Shown piece by piece: positions 28,940-38,147 of a stretch of DNA of 64,000 nucleotides (position 1 is the first letter of the stretch; each line of letters opens with the position of its first letter). Source of the stretch: Gammaproteobacteria bacterium. GTDB taxonomy: Bacteria > Pseudomonadota > Gammaproteobacteria > DSM-19610. The DNA is taken from positions 1,144 to 65,143 of the forward strand of contig DROT01000127.1 in assembly GCA_011321775.1 (NCBI GenBank), written 5' to 3'. A model generated the notes under the pieces. It had not been told where the DNA came from. It saw only the letters and a list, made by a program, of their open reading frames with translations, and did no database searches. Both the position numbers and the translations under genes were made by a program.

Positions 28940-29631
28940 GGCTTTTCCCGGTCCTCTTCTCCCGCCTGCAGCGGCGTACAGAATTCGCTGCCCACCAGGC
29001 GCTCGCTGATGCGGGTCATGAAGTTGTGGCGGTAGGAATCATCGGTGCTGTGATCAGAGTCGGCCTGCTGCGGCAGGAAACCGAGGTTCAGCAGCGGCAC
29101 ATCGAGATAACGCAGGGTACCGACCGCCAGCTTGCGGAAATAGCGCCAGGCCGCGTGCTGGTCACGTGGGCCGATCATGACGATGCCGATATCCGGCGGC
29201 CTGGTACATGACAGCAGCTTGATGCGCCGGTAGGCGAGCAGCACGGCGTCGAGTTCCGCAGGGACCAGCAGGACCACGTGATCCAGCGGCCATCGTTGCA
29301 GCGCATGCGGGGAAAGGAAAGGAAGCAGACAGAACTCCGTTTTTCCGTGCTCCAGTCCTGCCTGCGCCGCCAGTTCTTCTGCAGAGCAGGCGTGAGGATG
29401 CTGTTCCGGCGGATACAGGCTCGCGCTATGGCCTCGCTGGTTCAGTACCTCGGCCAGTTGCCGGACGATCCGGTTCTGACCGGCATTGTCAAGAAGAAAA
29501 GGAATCGCCCGGCAGGGCGCCTGGTCGCGGGTGTTTTCCGGCGTCCCGTCCGGAATTTGCCCGTGTGCCCGTGCCGGGCGACCGGAGGAAGCCGGTCGGC
29601 GTTGCCATGCGGGACTGAGCTGGCTCACCAT
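28936..29631 (-). CDS. MinD/FlhG-like protein with degenerate P-loop (231 aa)
   Basis: VVLLVPAELDAVLLAYRRIKLL...YFRKLAVGTLRYLDVPLLNLGFLP parallels the FlhG/FleN C-terminal half. ATG overlaps the CBM48 stop. Confidence 0.6.
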   Translation of the reverse strand: MVSQLSPAWQRRPASSGRPARAHGQIPDGTPENTRDQAPCRAIPFLLDNAGQNRIVRQLAEVLNQRGHSASLYPPEQHPHACSAEELAAQAGLEHGKTEFCLLPFLSPHALQRWPLDHVVLLVPAELDAVLLAYRRIKLLSCTRPPDIGIVMIGPRDQHAAWRYFRKLAVGTLRYLDVPLLNLGFLPQQADSDHSTDDSYRHNFMTRISERLVGSEFCTPLQAGEEDREKP

Positions 29632-29924
29632 CAGTGGTGTACCGGAACCTGGAGCAGCGAGTTGATGCCGCCAAACTCGTTGGGGATCTCCGCCGGATTG
29701 GTGGGATCCTGTTGCCATTTTCCATCGATGATCAGGCGGTATTCGTACACCCCCGGCTCGGCGGTGAACACCTTCTGGACGTGTCCGTTTACAATGCGTG
29801 TCTCCACGTTGTGATCGGGCACCCAGTCGTTGAAATCGCCGGCGAGTTGCAGTCGCCGGCAGTCGATGCAGTCATAGGTGAGTACTACCATCTGTCGCTG
29901 GACCTTGGCGCGGGCCTGGCTCAT
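29631..29924 (-). CDS. Stand-alone CBM48 / AMPK-beta-type glycogen-binding domain protein
   Basis: LAGDFNDW, PGVYEYRLIIDGKWQQDP.NP....NEFGGINS. Confidence 0.9.
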   Translation of the reverse strand: MSQARAKVQRQMVVLTYDCIDCRRLQLAGDFNDWVPDHNVETRIVNGHVQKVFTAEPGVYEYRLIIDGKWQQDPTNPAEIPNEFGGINSLLQVPVHH

Positions 29925-29989
29925 AGCCTTTCTCCTCGTGTGCGGTTCAGGGATCGTTCCACCCCGATGCCGTAGTTGCCTTTGTCGGC

Positions 29990-30445
29990 TCAGGCGTATT
30001 TCTCCTCGTTGTCATCCGCAGCGGAAAACAGCTCCCCCTGCTCGGGGAGTTTGCGCTGCAGTTTCTCCACTTCGGCCACCAGTTCGGCGACCGGGAAGAC
30101 CCATTCCTGGCCGGTAAGCGCATCGAAAGCGCGCTCACCGTGGAAAACCAGTACCACATCGCCGGTAACCACCAGTGACAGTTCCGCCAGAGGCTGATCC
30201 ACGGTCGGCAGGAAGCCGGTCAGCGAACGCAGACAGCTGCGCACGCGCTGCAGCGACACGCCGGCGTCGAGCAGGCGTCGCGCCGTACGCAGGGCAATGA
30301 GATCGGTAAAGGAGTAGCGGGCATGGCCGCCGGCTGTACGACTGCTGGGAACAACGAGGCCGGTCTTGCGCCAGTATCCCAGCTGACGTGCGCTGAGACC
30401 GGTGATGGCGGCAACCTGTTGTCGGCTGAAGGAGCCTTGTGTCAC
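29990..30445 (-). CDS. MerR-family HTH regulator (Rv1830-like C-terminus)
   Basis: VAAITGLSARQLGYWRKTGLVVPS...YSFTDLIALRTARRLLDAGVSLQRVR. Confidence 0.9.
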   Translation of the reverse strand: MTQGSFSRQQVAAITGLSARQLGYWRKTGLVVPSSRTAGGHARYSFTDLIALRTARRLLDAGVSLQRVRSCLRSLTGFLPTVDQPLAELSLVVTGDVVLVFHGERAFDALTGQEWVFPVAELVAEVEKLQRKLPEQGELFSAADDNEEKYA

Positions 30446-30554
30446 GGCCAGCCCCCCGATGGGCGATTCGTGATGGCCACAAGTCTCGCAGGCTTTTTGC
30501 GAATGTCAAGGGAAAAAGTACAAAAGTCCCGTTTTTTGTCTCTTTCCGGTCGGG

Positions 30555-31031
30555 CTACCAGCTGATGTAGCTGTAACCCTGCTCCTGCAGCCGCATCAGA
30601 TCGTCGGCGCCGACGTCAACCACCTGCGCGAAATCCAGCATGTCGGCCGCGTTCCAGTTGAGTGCTTTCATGGTGTTGCCGCAGGCGTGGAAGGAGACTC
30701 CATAGGCGGCCAGGCTGGCCACGCGCTGACGGATGAGTTCGGGGATGGGGCGCAGCGGGCGACGCGCAAGGATGTGGATGCCGGGGCCGATCGCGGTCAC
30801 CACCAGGTGAATGTTGTCACCATGCTTGCGCAGCATGGCGCCAACGGAGAACAGGACGTGCTCCATGTATACGGGATCGTCCTTGTTGAACTGGTAGACC
30901 AGCTTGTGCTCGGCCTCGCCCAGCAGATCCCGGTCGGGGCCCTCGGTTGCGCCGCTACGGGAGGCGAGTGACAGGCCGCTGGCGGCGGACAGCCAGCAGA
31001 GGAGTCGACGGCGGTTCAGACGTGTTTTCAT
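30555..31031 (-). CDS. Tat-exported DsrE/DsrF-like protein
   Basis: NRRRLL twin-arginine signal, VTAIGPGI, FHACGNTM, LQEQGYSYI. Forms the 3' end of the long 30555-33470 track ORF. Confidence 0.85.
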   Translation of the reverse strand: MKTRLNRRRLLCWLSAASGLSLASRSGATEGPDRDLLGEAEHKLVYQFNKDDPVYMEHVLFSVGAMLRKHGDNIHLVVTAIGPGIHILARRPLRPIPELIRQRVASLAAYGVSFHACGNTMKALNWNAADMLDFAQVVDVGADDLMRLQEQGYSYISW

Positions 31032-31151
31032 GGGTATCTCGGTTGTTGCAGGGGCTGACAGGGCGGTCGGCAGGCCGGCACCGATGCTGAAGTGTCCGCG
31101 CCCGGCGTCCTTTCGGGTGTACAATAGCGCTTTTGGGTGCGGCGGTGTTAA

Positions 31152-34100
31152 TTGGCGGCCTGCGACCATAGCAATCATGAGGTTCCTCGCAACGAGGAGC
31201 GCTTGCAGGACCTGGTCCGTAGTCTGGACGACTGCAGGGCCCGGGATATTCCCGCGTTGCGCAAGCGGCAGCAGGAAGTGCGGAGGCGCATGCGCCGCGG
31301 TCGACCGGTGAGCCGGGATCTGGCCGCCCTGGAGGGCGCGGTGGAGGCTTCCCTGGCGCGGGTCGAGGCCCGTCGCAGCTCGCTGCCGGAGCTGCGTTAT
31401 CCTGCCGCGTTGCCGGTGGTCGCAAAACGCGCCGTCATCCTCGAGGCCCTGGCCCGCAGCCAGGTCGTGGTGCTCTGTGGCGCCACCGGTTCCGGCAAGA
31501 CCACCCAGCTGCCCAAGATCTGTCTGGAAGCCGGACGCGGCGTGCGCGGCCGGATCGGTCACACCCAGCCGCGTCGTCTGGCCGCGCGCACGCTGGCAGC
31601 ACGCATTGCCGAGGAGCTGGATTGCCCGCTCGGCGCTCAGGTGGGCTACAAGGTGCGTTTCCACGACCGGGTCGGTGACGGTAGCCATATCAAGGTCATG
31701 ACCGACGGTATCCTGCTGGCCGAGATCCAGTCCGATCCCGAACTGCGAGAATACGACACCCTCATCATCGACGAGGCTCACGAGCGCAGCCTCAATATCG
31801 ATTTTCTGCTCGGCTACCTGCGACGCCTGTTGCCGCGACGCCCCGACCTGAAGCTGGTCATCACCTCCGCGACCATCGACCCGGAGCGTTTTTCGCGCCA
31901 CTTCGACGACGCGCCGATCATCGAGGTATCGGGACGCACCTGGCCGGTGGAAGTGCGTTACCGGCCATTGCGGGGCACCGACGAAGAGGCACGCGAGCGT
32001 GACCGCAGCCAGGCAATCCTTGATGCCATCGACGAACTGGCCTGTGAGGGACCCGGTGACGTGCTCGTTTTCCTGCCGGGTGAGCGGGCGATACGCGAGA
32101 CTGCCGAACAGCTGCGCAAGCACCATCCCGCGGGAACCGAGATCCTGCCGCTGTATGCACGGCTGTCGGCGGCGCAGCAGAGCCGCGTGTTCCGTGAGCA
32201 CCGCGGTCGCCGCATCGTGCTGGCCACCAACGTGGCGGAGACCTCGCTCACCGTCCCCGGAATCCGCTACGTGGTCGATACCGGTCTGGCACGCATCAGC
32301 CGTTACAGCTACCGCAGCAAGGTACAGCGTCTGCCTGTCGAGCCGGTTTCGCGCGCCTCCGCGGACCAGCGCGCCGGCCGCTGTGGTCGGGTGGCGGCGG
32401 GCATCTGTATCCGGCTGTACTCGGAAGAGGAGTATCTGGCACGGCCGGCGTTCACAGAGGCCGAGATTCGGCGGACCAGCTTGGCTGCGGTCATCCTGCA
32501 GATGGCGCTGCTGGGGCTCGGCGAGATCGAGGATTTTCCCTTTGTCGATGCGCCGGACAGTCGCTTCGTACGTGACGGCTACAAGCTGCTGCAGGAGCTG
32601 GATGCGGTCGACGGGCGGCACAAGCTGACGGCGCTCGGCCGACAGCTGGCGCGGCTGCCGGTCGACCCCCGTCTGGGGCGCATGATCCTGAGCGCCTCGG
32701 AAAGGCATTGTCTCACCGAGGTGATGGTCATCGTCGCGGCGCTGGAGACGGCGGATCCGCGCGAACGACCGCTGGACAAGGCGGCGGCTGCGGACGCCAG
32801 GCATGCCCTGTTCAGTGATCCGCGATCCGACTTCATGACCTTTCTCAAGCTGTGGAGGCTGTTCCACGAGCAGGCTCGGCAGTTGTCCCAGAACCGGTTG
32901 CGCAAATGGTGTCGCGAGCATTTTCTCTCCTGGATACGCATGCGCGAATGGATCGATGTTCACCGCCAGCTGCGCGAGCGGGTGGCGAGCATGGGCATGG
33001 AGTGCAACAGTGGTGAAGCCGACTACCGTTCGATCCACTGTGCGCTGCTGAGCGGACTCCCGGGCAACGTGGCACAGCGGATCGAGGGTTGCGAATACAG
33101 AGGTGCGCGCAACCTGAAGTTCAGGCTGTTTCCGGGTTCGGTGCTGGCAGGAAAGCCGCCGCGCTGGCTGGTGGCGGCCGAACTGGTGGAGACCGGCCGG
33201 CGTTACCTGCGCACCGCTGCCGCCATCGAGCCGCAGTGGGTGGAGGCGGTCGCGCCACATCTCCTGAAACGCAGCCATGCCGATCCGCACTGGGAGAAGA
33301 AGCGTGCCTGCGTGATCGCCACCGAACGCGTCACCCTCTATGGCCTGCCCGTGGTCAGCGGCCGCAAGGTCGACTACAGCCGTATCGACCCGCGCCTGTC
33401 GCGGGAACTGTTTATCCGTCACGCCCTGGTGCGCGGCGAGTGGCGCGGCCCGGCAGCCTTCCTGGAGCACAACCGGCGCCTGCTGGAGGAGCTGGACCTG
33501 CTGGAGTCCAAGAGTCGACGTCGCGACCTGCTGGTGGACGAGGAGGTACTGTATCGCTTTTTCGACGAGCGCATTCCGGAAGAGGTATGCGATGCGCGCC
33601 GTTTCCGGCGCTGGTGGAAGAAGACCGCGGAGCAGCAGTCGGAGCTGTTGAAGCTTTCACGCGCCTTGCTCATGCAGCACGACGCGAAACAGCTGATCAC
33701 CGAGCGCTTCCCTGATTTCATGGATGTCCGGGGGATGCGCCTGGCGCTGGCCTACCGCTTCGCGCCGGGTGATCCGGAAGACGGTCTGCACGTCAGGCTG
33801 CCGCTGGCCGCGCTGAACCAGGTGCGGGCGGAGGACTTCGAATGGCTGGTGCCGGGGTTGTTGCGGGAGAAGTTCATCCATCTCATCAAGTCCCTGCCCA
33901 AGCCGTTGCGGCGGCACTTCGTGCCGGCTCCCGACTATGCAGACGCCTGCCTGCAGGCGCTGGAAGAACGCAAGGGCCCGCTGACGGAAACCCTTGCCGG
34001 CATGTTGCAGCACATGACCGGGATTTCCGTGCCGGGAGACGCCTGGCGTCGTGAACGCCTGCCGGCACACCTGGAGCCCTTCTTCGAACTGATCGACAGT

Positions 34101-35060
34101 GACGGCCGGCGACTGGGGGCCGGACGCGAGCTGCGCCGCCTGCAGGCGGATTTCGGCCACCGTGCGCGCGACGGTTTTGTTCGCAGCGTGGCGGCCGGCT
34201 TCGAACGTGAGGGCATTCGGGAATGGGACTTTGGTACCTTGCCGGAGCGCGTGGAAGTGGAGAGCGACGGGGTCGCCCTGGGTGCCTATCCGGCACTCGT
34301 AGGCACGGGTGATGAAGTCGCCTTGCGGATGTTCGACGATCCCGGCCAGGCGAGGGAGGCACATCGTGCCGGCGTGCTGGCACTGTTCCGCCGCCGCTGT
34401 GGCCGCCTGTTGCGCGATGTTCCGCGCACGGTGCCGGAGTTCGACCGGCAGTTGCTGTGGTTCAGCCCGGTGGCGGACGCGGAGGCATTGCGTTCCGACC
34501 TGGAACAGGCCGCCTTGCAGGCAGCCTTTCCGGGCGACGCCGGGGAAGTGCGCGATGCGCAGACCTTCGAGCGCAGGCTGGAGGAGGGGCGTCGCTGCCT
34601 CATGGAGCGGGCGCTGCATATCGGGCGTTGCAGTTTCGAGGCCCTGCAGGCCTTCCACGAACTCGGTCGGTGCCTGCGGGGAGCTGTCACGCCGCAGATG
34701 CTGGCGGCGACGGCGGAAGTGCGTGCCCAGGCGGAAGCGCTGATCTATCCCGGTTTTCTCGCTGCCACGCCACCGCAGTGGCTGCCGCACCTGGGTCGTT
34801 ACCTGCGCGCCGCCGCCAGGCGGCTGGACAAGCTCCCGGGCAGACTGCAACGCGAGCGCGAGTCAGCGGCCACGGTAAGGCGTTACCGCTCGCTCTATGA
34901 AGAGGCGCTGGCGCGCGGCGGATCGTCACCGGAGCTGGACGAGTACCGCTGGCTGATCGAGGAGTTGCGGGTGTCGCTGTTCGCCCAGGAACTGGGGACG
35001 GCGGTCAAGGTGTCGCCACAGCGTCTGGACCGTCTGTGGCAGAAACTGCGGGCGGCCTGA
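31152..35060 (+). CDS. hrpA: ATP-dependent RNA helicase HrpA (start uncertain)
   Basis: GATGSGKTTQLP, IIDEAHERS, TSAT, ATNVAETSLT, QRAGRCGR, IEELRVSLFAQELGT. Confidence 0.96.
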   Translation: MAACDHSNHEVPRNEERLQDLVRSLDDCRARDIPALRKRQQEVRRRMRRGRPVSRDLAALEGAVEASLARVEARRSSLPELRYPAALPVVAKRAVILEALARSQVVVLCGATGSGKTTQLPKICLEAGRGVRGRIGHTQPRRLAARTLAARIAEELDCPLGAQVGYKVRFHDRVGDGSHIKVMTDGILLAEIQSDPELREYDTLIIDEAHERSLNIDFLLGYLRRLLPRRPDLKLVITSATIDPERFSRHFDDAPIIEVSGRTWPVEVRYRPLRGTDEEARERDRSQAILDAIDELACEGPGDVLVFLPGERAIRETAEQLRKHHPAGTEILPLYARLSAAQQSRVFREHRGRRIVLATNVAETSLTVPGIRYVVDTGLARISRYSYRSKVQRLPVEPVSRASADQRAGRCGRVAAGICIRLYSEEEYLARPAFTEAEIRRTSLAAVILQMALLGLGEIEDFPFVDAPDSRFVRDGYKLLQELDAVDGRHKLTALGRQLARLPVDPRLGRMILSASERHCLTEVMVIVAALETADPRERPLDKAAAADARHALFSDPRSDFMTFLKLWRLFHEQARQLSQNRLRKWCREHFLSWIRMREWIDVHRQLRERVASMGMECNSGEADYRSIHCALLSGLPGNVAQRIEGCEYRGARNLKFRLFPGSVLAGKPPRWLVAAELVETGRRYLRTAAAIEPQWVEAVAPHLLKRSHADPHWEKKRACVIATERVTLYGLPVVSGRKVDYSRIDPRLSRELFIRHALVRGEWRGPAAFLEHNRRLLEELDLLESKSRRRDLLVDEEVLYRFFDERIPEEVCDARRFRRWWKKTAEQQSELLKLSRALLMQHDAKQLITERFPDFMDVRGMRLALAYRFAPGDPEDGLHVRLPLAALNQVRAEDFEWLVPGLLREKFIHLIKSLPKPLRRHFVPAPDYADACLQALEERKGPLTETLAGMLQHMTGISVPGDAWRRERLPAHLEPFFELIDSDGRRLGAGRELRRLQADFGHRARDGFVRSVAAGFEREGIREWDFGTLPERVEVESDGVALGAYPALVGTGDEVALRMFDDPGQAREAHRAGVLALFRRRCGRLLRDVPRTVPEFDRQLLWFSPVADAEALRSDLEQAALQAAFPGDAGEVRDAQTFERRLEEGRRCLMERALHIGRCSFEALQAFHELGRCLRGAVTPQMLAATAEVRAQAEALIYPGFLAATPPQWLPHLGRYLRAAARRLDKLPGRLQRERESAATVRRYRSLYEEALARGGSSPELDEYRWLIEELRVSLFAQELGTAVKVSPQRLDRLWQKLRAA

Positions 35061-35079
35061 GTGACGCGCCGCTTTCCCC

Positions 35080-36297
35080 TCAGTCCTCGAAACGCCGGAA
35101 TACCAGCGAGGCGTTGGTGCCACCGAAGCCGAAGCTGTTGGACATGACGGTGCGCAGCCCGGCGTTGTCCCTGCGTTCGGTCTGGATGGGCATGCCCTCG
35201 GCCGCCGGGTCCAGGTACTGGATGTTTGCGGAGGCGCTGATGAAGTCGTGCTGCAGCATCAGCAGGGAGTAGATGGCCTCCTGCACCCCCGCAGCCCCCA
35301 GCGAGTGGCCGGTCAGCGACTTGGTGGAGCTGATGGGGGGGATATGATCGCCGAACACTTCGCGGATGGCTTCCAGTTCGCGCATGTCGCCGACCGGTGT
35401 GCTGGTGCCGTGGGCGTTGATGTAGTCGACCGGCCCGTCGACGCCCTCGAGCGCCTGGCGCATGCAGCGTACCGCGCCCTCTCCGGAGGGCTGGACCATG
35501 TCATAGCCGTCGGAGGTGGCCCCGTAACCAACCAGTTCGGCATAGATCCTGGCGCCACGTGCGCGCGCGTGTTCCAGTTCTTCCAGCACCAGCATGCCAC
35601 CACCGCCGGCAATGACGAAGCCGTCGCGGGTCTCGTCGTAGGGGCGCGAGGCGGTCTCCGGGGTGTCGTTGTACTTGGAGGACAGGGCTCCCATGGCATC
35701 GAACAGCAGCGTGAGGCTCCAGTGCAGTTCCTCGCCGCCCCCGGCGAACACCATGTCCTGCTTGCCCCACTGGATCAGTTCCGCCGCGTTGCCGATGCAG
35801 TGCGCGCTGGTGGAGCAGGCCGAGCTGATGGAATAGTTGACGCCCTTGATCTTGTAGGCGGTGCACAGGCAGGCGGAGTTGGTACTGCCCATGGTGCGCG
35901 GCACCATGAAGGGCCCCACCTTCCTGGCCCCCTTTTCGCGCAGCAGGTCGACCGCCAGCGACACGTTCTGGGTGGAGGTGCCGCCGGAGCCGGCGATGAG
36001 GCCGGTGCGGGGGTTGGAGATCTGCTCTTCCTCCAGGCCGGCATCCTCGATGGCCTCCTTCATGGCCAGATAGTTGTAGGCGGCGCTGTCGCCCATGAAA
36101 CGGCGCAGCTTGCGGTCGATCAGGCTGTTCAGATCCAGATCGACGGAGCCATGGATGTGACTGCGAAATCCCAGTTCCTGGTATTCAGGACAGAATACGA
36201 TCCCGGATTTGCCCTGTTGCAGGGATTCGAGGACCTCTTGCTTGCTGGTACCTATGCTGGAGGTGATGCCCAGTCCGGTGACTACTACGCGGCGCAT
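35080..36297 (-). CDS. fabB: 3-oxoacyl-ACP synthase I
   Basis: [41 protein letters not shown]. Confidence 0.97.
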   Translation of the reverse strand: MRRVVVTGLGITSSIGTSKQEVLESLQQGKSGIVFCPEYQELGFRSHIHGSVDLDLNSLIDRKLRRFMGDSAAYNYLAMKEAIEDAGLEEEQISNPRTGLIAGSGGTSTQNVSLAVDLLREKGARKVGPFMVPRTMGSTNSACLCTAYKIKGVNYSISSACSTSAHCIGNAAELIQWGKQDMVFAGGGEELHWSLTLLFDAMGALSSKYNDTPETASRPYDETRDGFVIAGGGGMLVLEELEHARARGARIYAELVGYGATSDGYDMVQPSGEGAVRCMRQALEGVDGPVDYINAHGTSTPVGDMRELEAIREVFGDHIPPISSTKSLTGHSLGAAGVQEAIYSLLMLQHDFISASANIQYLDPAAEGMPIQTERRDNAGLRTVMSNSFGFGGTNASLVFRRFED

Positions 36298-36306
36298 ATG
36301 CGATCC

Positions 36307-36846
36307 CTAGAATTCTTCAGTGGATGTGAACAGGCCGACCCGCAGGCTCCTGGCCTGGTAGATTTCCCTACCGTCGACCTCAAGGGATGCGTCGGCGATT
36401 CCCATGTAGAGCTTGCGCTGGATGACGCGCTTGAGGTCGACGCGGTAGGTCACCATCCGGCAATCGGGGGTGACCTGCCCGGAGAATTTTACGTCACCGG
36501 CACCCAGCGCGCGACCGCGGCCGGGACCTCCCAGCCAGCCGAGATAGAAGCCGATGAGTTGCCACATGGCGTCCAGACCCAGGCATCCGGGCATGACCGG
36601 ATCGGACTCGAAATGGCAGCCGAAGAACCACAGGTCCGGGTGGACATCCAGCTCGGCGATGATCTCGCCCTTGCCGTTGCTGCCTCCGTCGGCGCTGATG
36701 TGGGTGATGCGATCGAACATCAGCATGGGGGGGAGGGGCAAGCGCGCGTTGCCGGGGCCGAAGAGTTCGCCATGGCCGCATTTCAGCAGTTCTTCGTAGG
36801 TGTAGCTGGTCTGGGTATGGCGGGGGAGAACCTGTGCAGTCGTCAT
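36307..36846 (-). CDS. fabA: 3-hydroxydecanoyl-ACP dehydratase/isomerase
   Basis: [38 protein letters not shown]. Confidence 0.97.
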   Translation of the reverse strand: MTTAQVLPRHTQTSYTYEELLKCGHGELFGPGNARLPLPPMLMFDRITHISADGGSNGKGEIIAELDVHPDLWFFGCHFESDPVMPGCLGLDAMWQLIGFYLGWLGGPGRGRALGAGDVKFSGQVTPDCRMVTYRVDLKRVIQRKLYMGIADASLEVDGREIYQARSLRVGLFTSTEEF

Positions 36847-36974
36847 GTTCGTGGCCGGAGCTTGTGGGCGGATGGTCGAAGGCGCGTATTCTAGCGTCTT
36901 AGCGCCCGATTTGCATGGAAACACCGTCGTGCGGGGGGCGCCGGTGGTCAAAGGATTGACGGGTGGGGCGGGAC

Positions 36975-37457
36975 TCAGTCGCGGAAATTGACAAATTGCA
37001 GCGGCAGGTCGATCGGCGCTTCCTTCAGCTGTGCGATGACCTTCTGCAGATCGTCGCGTTTCTTGCCCGATACGCGTACCTTGTCGCCCTGGATGCTGAC
37101 CTGAACCTTGATCTTCGAGTCTTTCACCAGCTTGACGATCTGGCGCGCGACGTCCTTGGGAATGCCCTGGCGTACGGTCAGGATCTGGCGCGCCTGGTGG
37201 CTGCTGCTCTCGAGCTTGCCTTCTTCCAGCGAGCCCAGGTCGATGCCGCGTTTTGCCAGTTTCTTGTGCAGGATATCCTTGACCTGCTCCAGCTGAAACT
37301 CGTTGTCCGCCAGCAGCGTCAACTGGTCTTCGGACGGTTCCACGCGGGCGCAGGAGCCCTTGAAGTCATAGCGGTTGCCGATCTCCCGGTTGGCCTGGTC
37401 GACGGCGTTGGTGATTTCCTGGAGATCGACTTCCGATACGGTATCGAATGAGGGCAT
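36975..37457 (-). CDS. yajQ: YajQ family c-di-GMP/nucleotide-binding protein
   Basis: [35 protein letters not shown]. Confidence 0.97.
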   Translation of the reverse strand: MPSFDTVSEVDLQEITNAVDQANREIGNRYDFKGSCARVEPSEDQLTLLADNEFQLEQVKDILHKKLAKRGIDLGSLEEGKLESSSHQARQILTVRQGIPKDVARQIVKLVKDSKIKVQVSIQGDKVRVSGKKRDDLQKVIAQLKEAPIDLPLQFVNFRD

Positions 37458-37558
37458 GGTGTCCGCCTCCGGCCGTGTTCCGCCGTGCCCGTCGTCCCGT
37501 GGCGGAAGTGGCTTTTCCGCGACAGCAAGGGACCGGATGGTTTAAAGAAAGGGTACTA

Positions 37559-37623
37559 TATTAACCCGACCTATTATTAACCCGACATAGTAGGTTGCCG
37601 GGTTAATAGCTTGCCGGGTCAAT
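37559..37623. repeat. AT-rich palindromic repeat, copy 2, nested inside a second copy
   Basis: Outer tattaacccgac (37559) ... ttgccgggtcaat (37623). Inner tattaacccgac-atagtaggtt-gccgggttaata (37575-37608). Confidence 0.8.
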
Positions 37624-37653
37624 GATACTGCAACATCCGGACGACGATCCAGA

Positions 37654-38145
37654 ATGGCCGCCAACATACTGAAACTGTTACGTCGTGCGCGCTTCCTGTC
37701 CGCGCGCCGCCGGCTCGAGTGGTACCCCCCGTTTCTGCTGATGGGGGTAAAGGTCATCGAGCTCGAGGAGGACTGGAGTCATGTCCGTCTCAGGCTGCCG
37801 TTGACCGCATTCTCGCGCAACATGGGCGATACCATGTTCGGGGGCTACCAGGCGGCGACAGCCGACCCGATCGCCGCAGTCGCCTGCGCGCGGCAGTTTC
37901 CCGGCTACTCGGTTTGGACGCGCACGCTGTTCCTGGACTTCGAACATCCGGGAGACAGCGATCTCGAACTTCGTTTCGATTTCGATCCGGAAATCAGGGA
38001 AAGGATCTGCACAGAGCTGGCGGCGAAAGGTCGCAGTTCACCGGAATTCGACTATGGACTCTATCGTGGTGACGGCGTGCGCTGTACCCGGGTGCGCTGC
38101 CGAGTCGCGATCCGCCCGCCTGGTTACGGGCGGGCTGGCGGCTGA
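37654..38145 (+). CDS. Hot-dog fold thioesterase-like protein (DUF4442/PaaI type)
   Basis: WYPPFLLMG.KV, FSRNMGDTMFGG...ADP. Confidence 0.8.
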   Translation: MAANILKLLRRARFLSARRRLEWYPPFLLMGVKVIELEEDWSHVRLRLPLTAFSRNMGDTMFGGYQAATADPIAAVACARQFPGYSVWTRTLFLDFEHPGDSDLELRFDFDPEIRERICTELAAKGRSSPEFDYGLYRGDGVRCTRVRCRVAIRPPGYGRAGG

Positions 38146-38147
38146 AT

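Noticed and set aside
30555-33470. 971-aa minus-strand ORF
   Set aside because: Most of it is antisense to hrpA; only the last 158 codons (Tat-DsrE protein) look real.
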